Shown one piece after another: positions 38,521 through 51,224 of a stretch of 64,000 bases of DNA; the first letter of the stretch is position 1, and every line of letters begins with the position of its first letter. The notes under the pieces were generated by a model. It ran no database searches. It was not told where the DNA came from and was given only the letters and a program-made list of their open reading frames with translations. The translations under genes were made by a program, and so were the position numbers. Source of the DNA: Glaucostegus cemiculus (Eukaryota); NCBI GenBank assembly GCA_976551045.1, contig CDPCPM010000073.1:24180001-24244000 (forward strand), written 5' to 3'.

Positions 38521-38805
38521 AACCATAGAACCATAGAACAATACAGCACAAAGCAGGCCCTTCGGCCCACCAAGTTGTGTTGTCCTTCAAACAAACACAC
38601 GATCTAACTCTTTCCTCCCACATATCCCTCTATTCCCCATTCCTCCATATGTCTATCTAACAATCTCTTGAACCTGTCCAATGTATCTGCCTCCACCACA
38701 ACCCCAGGCAGCGCATTCCATGTGCCAACCACCCTCTGAGTGAAAAACTCCCCTCTGACATCTCCCCTGAACTTTCCACCCAATATCTTAAAGCCATGCC
38801 CTCTC
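38521..38805 (-). mobile_element. CR1/HER1 3' end, relatively young
   Basis: Tail aaccatagaaccatagaa, then caggcccttcggccc and accaccctctgagtgaaaaa. Confidence 0.85.
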
Positions 38806-39849
38806 GAATTAACAAAGGATTGTCATAAGCTGCTAAAGGAGATCATATCTACAAACTTCAAATCCATATGGTTATGTTCAGATTTCTAGACCTTCTCACA
38901 CTTCTGATGCAGCTTAAGGATCCTGCACCACACACTGATAAATCGACCTCTTCCAAGGTTGTACTTCCAGATGCCCCAGTTCCCTCTAAGGATCACAAAT
39001 TTGTTCCTGTTTCCTTGTCTAAGTTTCTTTCTTTGATGAATCAGCCCAAATCTCAGCCTGGCACCCATTTCCATCCTCTGCCTGTGGCCTTACAACATTT
39101 AACTTCCTCCTCCATTTGGAAGCAGCTATATGAAAGACTGAAGTACTTAATTCATGCTTTACAAGGCAGAATTTGACAACTGTCAATGATTTCCTGCATC
39201 TCCAGCAATCTGATCACCGTATCAATCGAGGCTATCAAATACCTGTCCGGTCAACAGCAGTATTGAATTATTTACTTCATAGCCAAAATCTGTTTCATTG
39301 ACCCACTGACAGTCCACATAGTGTTTCCAGAATGTTGCTAGGTAGTAGAAGTAACTGGAAAACATATCAACCTAAATTCTATTGCTTTTGACAGACACTC
39401 AGGTTGAGTTTAAACATTTAAGAAAGGTAAGCTTATTGATGTGCCTCAGAGCTCCAGTGAGTTTAGCAATTTGATGATGGTGACAGTAAAAACGTTCAAT
39501 TCTTATTGTTTTTTTGTTCACGATTTGGGTCCATTGAATTACAAAGAGCAGGAAGGTCAAAAACTTAAAATCTTGGTGGTCTATTTAAATGGTTGGGACA
39601 AGATTGCTTAGTTGACAGAGGTCACCCATTCCTTGTCAATTAGACCTCTGCCTTTGTTGCTCTTGCCCCAGCAAAAGCCTTACTCATCCACACCCTGCTC
39701 TTGCCCCACTGTAAGGATGCAAATGCAGGATTAGCTACTGTATTTGACACCAAAACTAACAGGACTATATTAAGGAATTTCAAGCCCTGGGTTTCTATTG
39801 TGAAAGTTGCTCATCGATTCATGGTCACTTAGAATGCACAAATAATTCC

Positions 39850-41230
39850 CAAATTTTGCAACTATCTCCTTAAACATCTTTCATCTGCCATTTCCATTTC
39901 CACCTCCTACAATCATGAGGGGATGATAAATGTCTTTGTCCAAGATGTTGTCCTCTGCAGCTTCCCTCCATTCCTCCACCAATCAAGGCAAGTTTCCTCT
40001 CCGATAGAGGAATTTCAAAATCCTGATGACAGCTGCTTCCACCCTTGGCACAGTTTTTATTCATGACTCATGACCTCACACTCCTACAAACTCTTTCACC
40101 TCGACTCTGAAAATGGGGAGGAACAGCCTTGCAAAGATGCACTTCCCTCCCTTCATTTTTGCCATTACGCTGCAGATGGGATAAGAGCCACATGGCGTCT
40201 GATGTTCCACACTGATGGACAGCAGCAGGCACTAGTCGAAAGGTCAGCCCTGTCACAGTGTTGATTGAAGAGCAAGGTCACAGAGAACCCAAATGCGGCA
40301 CACTGGTACAAGACTGGAGTCAGGATACTTCCTCAGGACCAAACACAGGCAAAACTGGAAGGAAATCTTGCCTCGGAGATCTGAGTAGTAATCCCAACAC
40401 AAACTGAATCTTCAAGCAGGAATAGGGAACACAGGACTGCTCTGGAGTAGACCACTCTAACCAGCTAGGAGCCAAAGTATACCCAAAAATTGACCAATCC
40501 TCTAGTGCTAGAGAAACCCAGGTACTTATGCTAGACCCCTGATGGGGCTCAGGTGTGTGTCATTATACAATCAGTCCAGCATGGAATCCACGTGCTGTAC
40601 AACGAGGCATCTAAGGAACCAAATCAAGGGCCAGTACTCAGAATCATGACAAGCCCAAGAAATGGATTATCTGCCGGCAAGCCTCTTTGTGCTCTGCTGT
40701 GGAAAGAACAACAATGCAGGCTTCATTCCTCAATCTTTAAGTGCCCTTTCATGCTCAGTTGTGTGAGGTCTGAAGCTGACTGCCAAGGGTTGATAGAAGG
40801 CATGGAGGAAACTACTTCCAGCAAGTCCAAAATTATGGCACAAGTTATCTGAGGATGTTGGCTTCCAGGAATTTGTATCAGCAACGTTATTATGTTTGTT
40901 CAAAACCAGGTTTGATGCTATTTAGGTCCTGAGCTCCATCATCTCCTTCAAGGAGCTGCTGGACATGTGAACATATCCCCCATTTATGTTACAGATTTCT
41001 GATAATCATAATAAGACTGATGTTCCACAGAAGGGACACTGGCACTCTCATTTAATGATACCAAGCAAGTACCCCTGCCAGCTTTTCAACAAATGCTTGA
41101 GGTCTTCAATATCATTAGCCCTGGAAACTGCTAAGTTATTATATTACGCAGCCAGACCTCTCTGGGTCTGAGGCTATAGATGTCGCCAACTAGATCCAGT
41201 TTAGGAGATGGAGGCTGCAACAAAAGCCTC
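39850..41230 (-). pseudogene. Possible Harbinger-derived relic
   Basis: Weak colinear minus-strand motifs SSFQG (~41120), IPGSQH (~40865) and PHTTEHER (~40760). Confidence 0.3.
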
Positions 41231-41232
41231 TC

Positions 41233-41525
41233 AGATAAGATACCTATATTAGTCACATGTGCATCTAAATACACAGTGAAATACATTTTTGCATAGTGTT
41301 CTGGGTGCAGCCCACAAGTGTTGCCATGCTTCCAGCGCCAACATAGCATGCCCAAAACTTTCTAACCTATAGGTCTTTTTTTGGAATGTAGGAGGAAACC
41401 GGAGCACCCAAAAGAAACCCATGCAGACATGGGAAAGACATACAAACTCCTTGCAGACAGTGGTTGGATTTGAACCAGGGTCACTGCTGCTGTAAAGCGT
41501 TACACTAACTGCTACATTACCATGT
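41233..41525 (-). mobile_element. V-SINE, near full length, with a different 3' tail
   Basis: ggaggaaaccggagcaccc...catacaaactccttgcagacag...tttgaaccaggg (V-domain and B box). Confidence 0.85.
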
Positions 41526-41642
41526 CGTATTAATGTTCAATTAACAAAAAAAAACTCCTCCAACCCTCAAACCCAGTTCTCAACAGTCCTTCACTGGGCA
41601 TGCCACCTGATTTGTCAAACACAACTACGTTCTTTGTGGCAG

Positions 41643-41719
41643 AACCATGGTGTAGCTAGTAAATCCTCTTCCTTGCAGCACCAGAGACTTGGATTCAATC
41701 CTGACCTCAGGTATTGTCT
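41643..41719 (+). mobile_element. V-SINE 5' tRNA-like head, split from its body by a CR1 insertion
   Basis: tggtgtagctagta (A box) ... ggattcaatcc (B box) tgacctcaggtattgtctg. Continues at 44387. Confidence 0.8.
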
Positions 41720-44386
41720 GGTCACAAGATCACAAGACAAAGGAGCAGATGTAGGCCATTCGGCCCATTGAGTCTGCTCCATGAGCTAAACTAAACTATT
41801 CCTATCTAGCCCCAGTTTCCTTCCTTTTTCCCATATCCCTTGATACCTTGACTAATTAGATACCTATCAATATCCTCCTTGAACATCCCCAATGATCGAG
41901 CTTGTATGTGGCAGAGAATTCCATAAATTCACCACCCTCTGGCTAAAGAAATTTCTCCTCATTTCTGTTCTAAACAGGTGCCCTCTAATTCTAAGACTGC
42001 GCCCTCTAGTCCTGGACTCAGCCACCAAGGGAAACAGCTTAGCCACATCTACTCTGTCCAGTCCTTCCAACATTCGAAATGTTTCTATGAGGTCCCCCTC
42101 ATTCTTCTGTACTCCAGTGAGTACAGTCCCAGAGCCGACAAACATGCATCATATGTAAGCCCTTTCATTCCAGCAATCATCCTCATAAATCTTTTCTGAA
42201 CCGTCTCCAACATCAGTGCATCCTTCCTAAGATAAGGGGCCCAAAACTGTACACAGTATTCCAAATGAGGTCTCACTAGTACCTCATAGAGCCTAATCAA
42301 CACTTACTTACTTTTATACTTTATACCTCTTGAAATGAATGCCAACATAGCATTTGCTTCTTTTTCCGCCAATCTGACCTGGTGGTTAACCTTTAGGGTA
42401 TCCTGAAGAGGACCCCCAAGTCCCTTTGCACTTCTGTACTTTGAATTTTCTCTCCATCTAGATAATAATCTGCTCCATTGTTTCTTCTTCCAAAGTGTAC
42501 AACGGCACATTTCTCAACATTAAATCTCATCTGCTATTTCTTAGCTCATACTCCTAAACTATCTAAGTCTCTCTGCAATCTTCCTGTTTCTTTGGTACTC
42601 CCTATTCCTCCACCTATCTTGGTGTTGACTGCAAACTTAGCCACAAAACCATTTACTCCATAATCTAAATCATTGATGTACAATGTAGAAAGAAGTGGCC
42701 CCAACACTGACCCATGTGGAACACCACTGGTAACCAGCAGTCAACCAGAACAGGATCCCTTTATTCCCACCCTTTGCTTTCTGACTATCAGTCAATACTC
42801 CACCCATTCTAATATCCTTCCTGTAATTCCATGAGCTCTCATCTTAATAATTAGCCTCTTGTGCAGCACCTTGCCGAAGGCCTTTTGAAAGTCTAAATAC
42901 ACAACATCTACAGCCTCACCCTTACCCACCCTACCTGAGATTTCCTCAACAAACTCCAATAGATTGGACAGGCAGGATCTTCCCTTCATGAAACCATACT
43001 GGTTTGGACATATCTTGCCTTGCACCTCTAGGTATTCCATAACCTCATCCTTGAGGATCGATTACAATAACTTTCCAACCACTGATGTCAGACTAATATG
43101 TCTGTAATTTCCTTATGCTGCCTCCCACCTTTCTTATACAACAGAACTACATTTGCAACCCTCCAGTCCTCTGGAATCATGCTGGAGTCTATTAATACCT
43201 GGAGAATTATCACCAATACCTCAACAATCTCTGAAGCCACCTCCTTCAGAACCCTAGGGTGCGCTTCATCCGGTCCAGGAGACTTATCTGTCTTTAGTCC
43301 ATTTACCTTCCCCAACACTTTCTCTTTAGTATTCTTGACTGAACTCAGTTCTATCCCCTGAGACCCCTATCAGATATATTGCTGATGTCCTCCACAGTGA
43401 AGACCCATGCAAAATTCTCATTTAGTTCCTCTGCCAGCGCTTTGTTATCCATTATAATCTCTCCCGCACCATTTTCAATTGGTCCTATATCAACCCGTGT
43501 CTCTTCTTTACTCTTCATATATTTTAAAAAAACTCTTAGTATCCTTTTGAATATTATCTGCCATGTTCCTTTCATAATTCATCTTTTCTTTCCGAATGAC
43601 CTTCTTAGTTTCTTTCTGCAGGTTTTTAAGTTTCCCAGTTTTCTGTTTTCCCACTAATTTATGCTTCCTTGTATGCCCTCCTTTTTGCTTTAATTTTAGC
43701 CTTCACCTCTCTCGTTATCCATATTTATGCCATTTTTGCATTCATAACCTTTTTTCTTGGAATATATCTATCCTGCATTTTCCTTATTTCATGTAGAAAT
43801 TCCATCCATTTCTGTTCTGCCGTCCCTCCAACTAACTTACTTTTCCAATCAATTTGGGCTAGTTCCCCTCTCATGCCACTGTAATTTCCTTTGTTCCACC
43901 AAAATATTGATACAGCTGATATCAGCTTCTCCTTTTCAAATTTGAAACTGGATTCAATCATATTGTGATTGGTACTTCCTAATGGTTCCTTTGCCTTTAG
44001 TTCCCTAATCACCTCAGGTTTGTTACACAGGACCCAGTCCAAAACATCTGATCCCCTGGTGGGCTCATCAACAAGTTGTTCCAAAAAGCCATCCCATAGA
44101 CATTCCATGAACTTACTCTCTGAGATCCACTACCTTCCTGGCTTTCCCAATCCACCTTCATGTTGAAATCCCCCATAATTATCTTGACATTGTCTCTCTG
44201 ACACACCTTTTCTATTTCCAACTGTAATTTATAGTCCACATCCCTGCTGCTGTTAGGGGGCCTATATATAACTGCTATTATTGTCCTTTTATCCTTGCCA
44301 TTTCTTTGCTCCACCCATAAGGATTCCACTTCTTCTGACCCTATGTCCCTTCTTTCTATTGATTTTATATCATTGCTAACTATCAG
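41720..44386 (-). mobile_element. Long CR1 LINE, 5'-truncated within the endonuclease domain; ORF2 pseudogene
   Basis: EN motifs VIYRPPNS and IIMGDFN. RT motifs KSPGPD, QYGFMKGRSCLSNLLEF and VYLDFQKAF, with FADD decayed to FAVN. C-terminus LVRPHLEYCVQFW and RRNFFSQRVVNLWNSLP. Tail (tcttgtga)n. Confidence 0.95.
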
Positions 44387-44665
44387 GGAGTTTGCATGTT
44401 CAAACTGCATGAATGCATGCTACCTGTAACTGCATGAGTTCCCTCTAGGTGCTCCAGATTTTTCCTATATCCCAAAGACTTGGGGTTGGTAGGTTAATTG
44501 GCCAGTGTAAATTTCCACTCATGTGTTGGAATCTTGGGCGAGTGAATGTGGAGGGAATAAAAAATGGAATTAAAGTAGGATTAGGGTAAAATGGGTGGTT
44601 GATCATAGGTGTGGATTTGATGGGCTGAAGGGCCTGTTTCTGTCCTGTATCTCTCTGTGACTTTT
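44387..44665 (+). mobile_element. V-SINE body and tail (continuation of 41643-41719)
   Basis: ggagtttgcatgtt...ggtgctccag...cccaaagac...ggtaggttaattggcc...gggctgaagggcctgtttctg. Confidence 0.85.
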
Positions 44666-45689
44666 TAACTCTAACCAGCTTTGGAAAACTGATAGAAACC
44701 ATTTGATTTTCTGTCCGAATAGTGACTTCCCTAACTAAATGTACACAGCCAACGTGCTGCTAGGAATTAAATGATCCCACCAGTTTCCTGCCTGATGGAA
44801 AAGTTGTATAAAATCAGCCTTTATGTTTCTTTCATTGCTATCTATCCTTTCTGAAATTTGCCATTTCTATGTTCTCTCCTTTTACGTAACTAACCTGCTC
44901 CATGAACTCTGGTAATAGCTCATGGAAAACCACGAGACAACTGACAGCAATTGCAATGTTCATTGGTAGCTAAGCCATCCTGTCAGGAAAAAAATTGCAA
45001 GATTCTATTCCAGAATAGTGTTTTACCTGGCAATATCCTAAAAAATATACCGATTTGCACTGATTCTCCCAATAGCAATTTATTCTGCATATGAACATTA
45101 TTATTTCAATAATCCATATCCTACCAGCATAATGGTTTACTGGTATATTAAACTACCAGATTTTGCTATTTTCTAAGCACAATTTCCTCACCTTTGGGTT
45201 TTATCTTCTTGCAGTCTGTCAGTATTGTATCACCACTTAGCTGATGACTTGAAAATGTAATGCACTCGAAGAATCCACATGGAGATAACAATGACACTTT
45301 TCCAATCAAAGATTTTAACTAAACAGTTCAACATTTGGATTCTTTGCCAAAGTGTTGACAGCTAAAAAAATGTGTTTCTCATAATACTTGAGGCACAACT
45401 CTCCTATTGGACATGTAATTATTTAAAGCCAGGCAGTCCTGGGTATTACCTGCAGGGCTAGATATAATGAGGATACAGAATACAACACTCCCAGGATTGA
45501 AACTTGAACTGATGGCTATTCAAGCATTGCCACTCACTAATGCATCTACTCATATATACATCACAAAATGCCAGAACTGTCAAACATCCTAAGGAAACAG
45601 AGGTAAAACTTCATTGAAAAAAACTTGCTGAAAGGACATATTGTTTGTGAGTTAATAAACATTTGATTCATTTATTAAATTGTACAGAA

Positions 45690-46760
45690 CTATACATGGA
45701 ATCATGGATTGCTCCAGCACTGGAGAAGCTTATTTAGCCCATTTTACCAGTGTCAACCCTTTGAAAGAGGTCCCATTCTTATTCTCTCTCCCCAAACTTC
45801 TCCCTTTCCAAGTACTTATCAAATCCCTTTTCAACCTTTCATTAATTCTGCTTCCACTTTTCTTGCAGACAGTGCATTCCACACCATAACAACTCACTGT
45901 GTTATTTTTTTTCCACATTTTGCATCTGGTTCTTGTGCCAATTACATTAAATCTGTGTCCCCTGGAAACAGCTTCTCCTTATTTACTACATCAAAATGCA
46001 TCAAGGTTTGATACATCTCTATCAAATCACCCCTTAAGTATCTCTGCTCTAGAGAAAACCATCCCCATTTTACAGTCTCTCCATGCTATTGAAGTCTTTC
46101 ATCCTTTATAACAATCTAGTATATCACCCTCTTGACATACTTCATAAAGTATGATGCCAGAATTGGCTGAGTAATCCAGCTGGGGCCCAACTAGTGTTCT
46201 ATAAATGCTTAGCCCAAGTTTTGTATGTTATTACTTTCTTTACAACACTAAAGACTCAGTTTACCTTTTTAACAGACATCATTATTTTTTCATATATTAC
46301 TGCCTTTTGCTGTTCTGCCATCTTCAAATACTCCCAGATCTCTTTATTTTGATGCCTCTTTAAAAGTTGTGTTGATATCTCACACCATTTTAATCCTTCC
46401 TACCTTTCTACATTGAGTTTGTTTGGCACAGGTAACTCAGTCTCAAAATCTGTTACCACTCTCCTCACTGTTTATTATATTTCTAACTTTTATGTTAGTT
46501 GCCAAACTGTGCCGTGGACGCCAAAATTTTGGTCATCAATATATACCAGATAGATCAGTGATTCCAACAACTTTCCTGTGGGCTATCACTATGAGATATT
46601 CCCCAATATGAAAAACAATTATTCACCTCTCCTCTCTCCCCTTCACTTATTTTTATATTTGTGCAGTCATTGTCCAATCCAATTGGCTTCAGTTTTACCA
46701 AAGTCAAAAGCTTTTTGCCATATTTGTAATGTCAAACATACTGCCTGATCTGTTTGGTTA
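45690..46760 (-). mobile_element. CR1-like LINE, old
   Basis: cagtgcattccacaccataacaactcactgtg, ccagctggggcccaactagtgttctata and gtcaaaagctttttg are typical reverse-strand CR1 relic segments. Confidence 0.6.
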
Positions 46761-47007
46761 CTTCTTCAAAGGTCTCCATCAAGTCAGTCAAACTCAGTTA
46801 TTTAAAAAAATTGCAAATGCCAATTAATTTTGTCTCAGTTTTACATCTCTAAAACTTCCCAATGCCTGTCAGTTGACAGGCTGTAATTGCCAAATTTACC
46901 CCTTTATTAGACGCTAGAGCAACGCTTGCAATGGGACTGGGTCTGCAGAAGGTAGTGAGCAAAGCAATGCAAGGAGTAAATCTACTTGACTTCAACAATC
47001 TACCTGT

Positions 47008-48100
47008 TACAGATGCAACACTCAAAATGTTGGAGGAACTCAGCAGTTTTGGCAGCATCCATAGAGGGAAATGAGCAAGTCAAATTTTTAGGTTGAGACC
47101 CTTCATCAGGACTGGAAAGAAAGAGAGGGCATAGCCAGTATAAAAAGGTTGAGGGAAGGGGTGGAGCAAGAGCTCATGGGTGGATCCAAGTGAGGGGGAG
47201 AATGATAGGCAGGTGTGGTAAGATAAGATAAGACTTCTTAAGGTGAAACAGGATTAGTCATTTCCCTTTGGAAAGCTACATAATGGCCGAATATGTCAAC
47301 AAGATGCCTGACTTAAGTTTCATTTTAGGCTCTGGTTGCACAGGTAGGCCTGTCTGAAATTGTTATTGGAAATCATGTGGCGGTTTCTAGTAAATTGCAT
47401 ATTGGTAATCTTGCCTTATATGAAGTTGTTATTCACTTGTAGGGGAGATAAGGGAGACACTGAACAGTATAATAATAAGTCTTCTCAAGGGATGTTTTGG
47501 AGCTTCTCCATGGGCTGGATCGCAACCAATGCCTGGTGACCTTGATAATTCTTCAAATCTCGAAGTGTTGGAGTTTCCCAGAGGCCAAAGACTGAGTAGT
47601 TAAGAATATACAAGCAGCACTGCTAATTGTTAATTGCTCATAAGTATAACTATGAACTGCGTGCAACCTTGATTTATTAGTGGGGGATCAAATAGTCTGA
47701 TTTGAGGTTTGTAGCTATAGTTACAAAAGGTAAATTAGATATGTAGCTAAGAGTTAACCAAAATTACTTGAGTGACTCATTTCTTTGTTCTTTTAGTTAA
47801 TAGCTGAATAAAGTTATTGAATCAAACTACTTGAGTAGTTGAGTCTTTCATTGCCGATTCGGTCGCTCGAGAGGAATCGAAAGAAACCTGAGCTCTGTCT
47901 TGAGACAGCAGGTGAGGGAGAGGGGAGAGTGGGAATGATGTAAGAAGCTGAGGTGGAAATGAACAAGATGGAATCTGATAGGAGAGAACCATGAAATCAG
48001 GGGAGGGAGGTGAGGAGGGGACCGGAGGGACAAATGTGTAAGGGTGCTGGGCAAAATGAGAGAGCGGGGAGAGGAAAGGGAGGGGGTGAAGGAGCCGGTC
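47008..48100 (-). mobile_element. Penelope-associated repeat interrupted by a solo LTR
   Basis: ggaggaactcagcag...gagacccttcatcaggactgg and its purine-rich continuation resume at 47908 after the insertion. Confidence 0.7.
47214..47907 (+). mobile_element. Solo LTR (694 bp) with 5-bp TSD; superfamily uncertain (ERV or BEL/Copia)
   Basis: TGTGGTAAGA...TCTTGAGACA imperfect inverted termini. GCAGG at 47209-13 and 47908-12. AATAAA at 47807-12, about 95 bp from the end. Confidence 0.8.
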
Positions 48101-48477
48101 CCCACTCTCTTTTTTTCCCCTTATCCCACCAGACCCTCCATCCATCTTCTGTGCAAAAATCAAATAAATGAGATAAATTCAGAACAAAGCAGACAACTCA
48201 AAGCTGGGCACGCATGAGGTGCTCTGAGCCATCAGCAGCAGAAGGAGTGCATGCCGCCACCATCTATAACTTCACAGCATATCCTTCACTGTACTACTAA
48301 AGACAAGCATGGGGATTAACCCTGTTTCAAAGAGGAGGGCACACTGGCATGCAGGGAGCTGCACCAGCCATACCTGAAAATAAGATGCCTACCTGGTGAA
48401 GGTGCAAAACAAGATTGCAAGCATGGTAAGCAACAAAAGCGGCATCCAAAAGACAGAGACAAGTAACCTCTAAACTG

Positions 48478-48785
48478 GACTTGGTTTATTTTTGTTCTTA
48501 TTGTGTTCTTTCTTGTAAAAATTGTGTATAATTTATTTATTTTGTATAGTAATTTCATATCTTTGCACAGTACTGCTGCCGCAAAACAACTAACTTCGTG
48601 TCATGTAAGTCAATGATAATAAACCTGATTCTGATCATTTATGTTTAATTTATGTTTTTCTTTAATTTATATGAATGCTATTTACATGATGCTATGTGCC
48701 TGTGATGCTGCTATAAATAAGTTTTTCATTGCACTTGTGCTTATGTGTATTTGTGCATATGACAATAAATTTGACGTTCACTTTA
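48478..48785 (+). mobile_element. Rex1 family B 3' UTR containing a nested 100-bp LINE tail
   Basis: Reverse complement of the 828-1080 family. Insert 48537-48636 ends aataaacctgattctgat and is flanked by ATTTAT twice. Confidence 0.8.
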
Positions 48786-48829
48786 CAACTAATAGACATT
48801 TTTTCCAGATTCCCTTGCATAGACCAAAA

Positions 48830-49340
48830 CAACATTCAATCATCAATAGATGTGGGAAGTGATATTTACCCTGCAAAAGTGCTAGACAATGACCAACTCC
48901 AACAAATGGGAGAGTCTAACCACCTACCCTTGACATTCAATGGCACTCCTATCACTAAGTTCCCTACCGTTAACATCCTCAGGATCACCATACACCAAAA
49001 ACTCAACTGATGCAACCATGCAATTACTTTGGCCTCAAGACTAAGTCAAAGACTGCATTGAGTCACCGACCTGCTGATATCCTAAAGACCTTCCACCATC
49101 TACAAATCACAAATCAGGATGGTGATGGCATACTCTCCACTTACCTAGTGAGTGCAGCTCGAACACTCAGGACAAAGCATTGTCACCCCATCCATCACCA
49201 TAAGCATTCATTCCTTCCACCACTTCTGCACCGTGGCTTCAGTGTGCATCATCTACAAAATATACCTTCTTATTATCACCTTCTCAAGGCCAGTTAGGGA
49301 TGCCATTGATTCCCATACCACAAATTCCCATACCTCCATT
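48830..49340 (+). mobile_element. Old LINE (CR1/L2 group) RT C-terminal fragment
   Basis: HLPLTFNGTPITKFPTVNILRITIHQKLN and SIHSFHHFCTVASVCIIYK. Confidence 0.65.
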
Positions 49341-50329
49341 CGAGTGGGATCACGGCAACATTTAAAATGTGTTGGACAAATGTACCTGATAGCTTTGAAA
49401 TTAGCAGCTTTCTCCCTCAACTGTAATCCAGCCCTTCCAGACTGGATGACATTTTATGTTCAGCCTTATGTGCACACCTTGTCTATTGTTATTCAGTTTA
49501 AATTCTGCGCTGCCTCCATCTTAGATTATAATGAAATAGGATTTGTTTCCTATTCATTTATGGGACGTGGCTGTAACCGGCAAATACAGCATTTATTGAC
49601 TGATTCTAATTGAACTGAATAGTTTGCTAGGCCATTAGAGTGAGAAGTGAAGAACGAATCACATTGCTCTGGATCTGCTGTCCCATATATGTTCGGTGGA
49701 TAGATTGCCTGTTGTATATAATTAATTTGGGACATTAGGATGTGTGCCCCTCATTTATGGCATTACTATTACATGCAGATTTACAGAGAACATGCATTAG
49801 TTGTTTTAATTACCCGTCATGGTGAGAATGCAGATTTTTGCCTGCAGAGCTAATACTGGTTAACCAGCTGTAACTACCTCACTGATATACTATGGGTAGT
49901 GAGAACATGGAATAAAAATCTAATTTGTTCTCGGGTGATTTATATATTCAGACAAAGTCAAATGCGTGCCCCCTGTTTGCAGCTATGCTTCCATCAACAT
50001 ATTTGGGACATTACTAAACCTATTAAAATGTCAAACACATTTCACATTGGAAGCAACTACTAACAATAATACATAGTGATCTCCTGTCTTTTGCTATTTG
50101 AAGCTTCAGCTCTTTTGTCACATCAGCCAAGATCTGCCTCCATTCACTTTTTTTCATTGGCAGTCACTCTTTTCATTATTAAAGTATATTTTCCTCTTGC
50201 AGTGCTTTCAGCAATTCCTCCATGTTTTATATTCCAAAAAAATCTATTACAAGACTTTCCTCCTTTCTCTGCTGGCTGAGCTTGTGCTCAGACCTCTTCA
50301 CTAACCTAGGTAACTGATTTTTAGGAGGT

Positions 50330-50860
50330 TTTGTTAGGGATCATTGCTTAAAGAATATACTGATAAATGTCTGTTGTTCTTAATTGAATCAACCTTTATC
50401 TTGCATGCAGCAATTCCTCTCATCTCTCCCAGCATCAAATATCAAGCTATCATTTTCCAGTCTGTCAGTGACCCCATTTCCTCTGGAAATCTTCCTTCCA
50501 TAACCTCCAAATTCATGGTCCATGAACACATCAGCTTTGTCTTTGCTCATCTAAATCTATCAGTGTAAACCTCTATTCACTTCTCCTTCATATGGGTGCC
50601 CAAACTCCCCTTAATTATTATTTGCTTCAAACACTTCCTGCACCTGAGTAAGTGAGCATAATGCTACACCCATCATTTCAGCCCAGTCTAGCTCCAAAGA
50701 ACCTTCTTCTTCTGTTCTCAACTTGATTTATTTTCTCTTACAGACAGGTTTCTTCCCACCAACATTCACATTTTACCAATAGTTCTCCAACACTTTTGAC
50801 AGTTTCAACTACTTTGGCCTAAACACCTACATTCACATGAACAGCTCATTCCACCAACCT
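50330..50860 (+). mobile_element. L2-like relic
   Basis: Pyrimidine-rich decayed RT-like sequence (cccaaactccccttaa, cttgattta...aacacttttgacag). Confidence 0.35.
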
Positions 50861-50864
50861 CTGG

Positions 50865-51085
50865 TGCTGTCAATGTAGAGTTGGCATGTTTTCCCTGTGA
50901 ACACAAAAACTTGAAGGTTGTGAGGTTAATTGGCCACTGTAAATACCCTCTGGTCTGTAGTTGAGTGGTAGAATCTTGGTAGATTTGACGGCATTATGGG
51001 ATAATAAATTGGGTTAGGATAGAATTAGTGTAAAACTGAGTGCTTGGAGGTCAATGCAGACAGTGTCTCTCCATGACTCTCTCTA
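50865..51085 (+). mobile_element. V-SINE fragment
   Basis: gtagagttggcatgttttccctgtga...aggttaattggccactgtaaa. Confidence 0.7.
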
Positions 51086-51224
51086 AGACTCTATGCAACA
51101 CTTGTCTTTCATCCTCCTCTCTTGCCATTGTCCTAGACTCCAAACTCTTCCAAGTAAAGGAAAAATTAACTTGTTCTTTCATTTGTGTTATATTTGATGT
51201 TTATGATGTAGTCATCTGTAGAAA

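Noticed and set aside
41643-41719. tRNA gene
   Set aside because: The A and B boxes belong to a SINE head that continues into a V-domain. No full cloverleaf.
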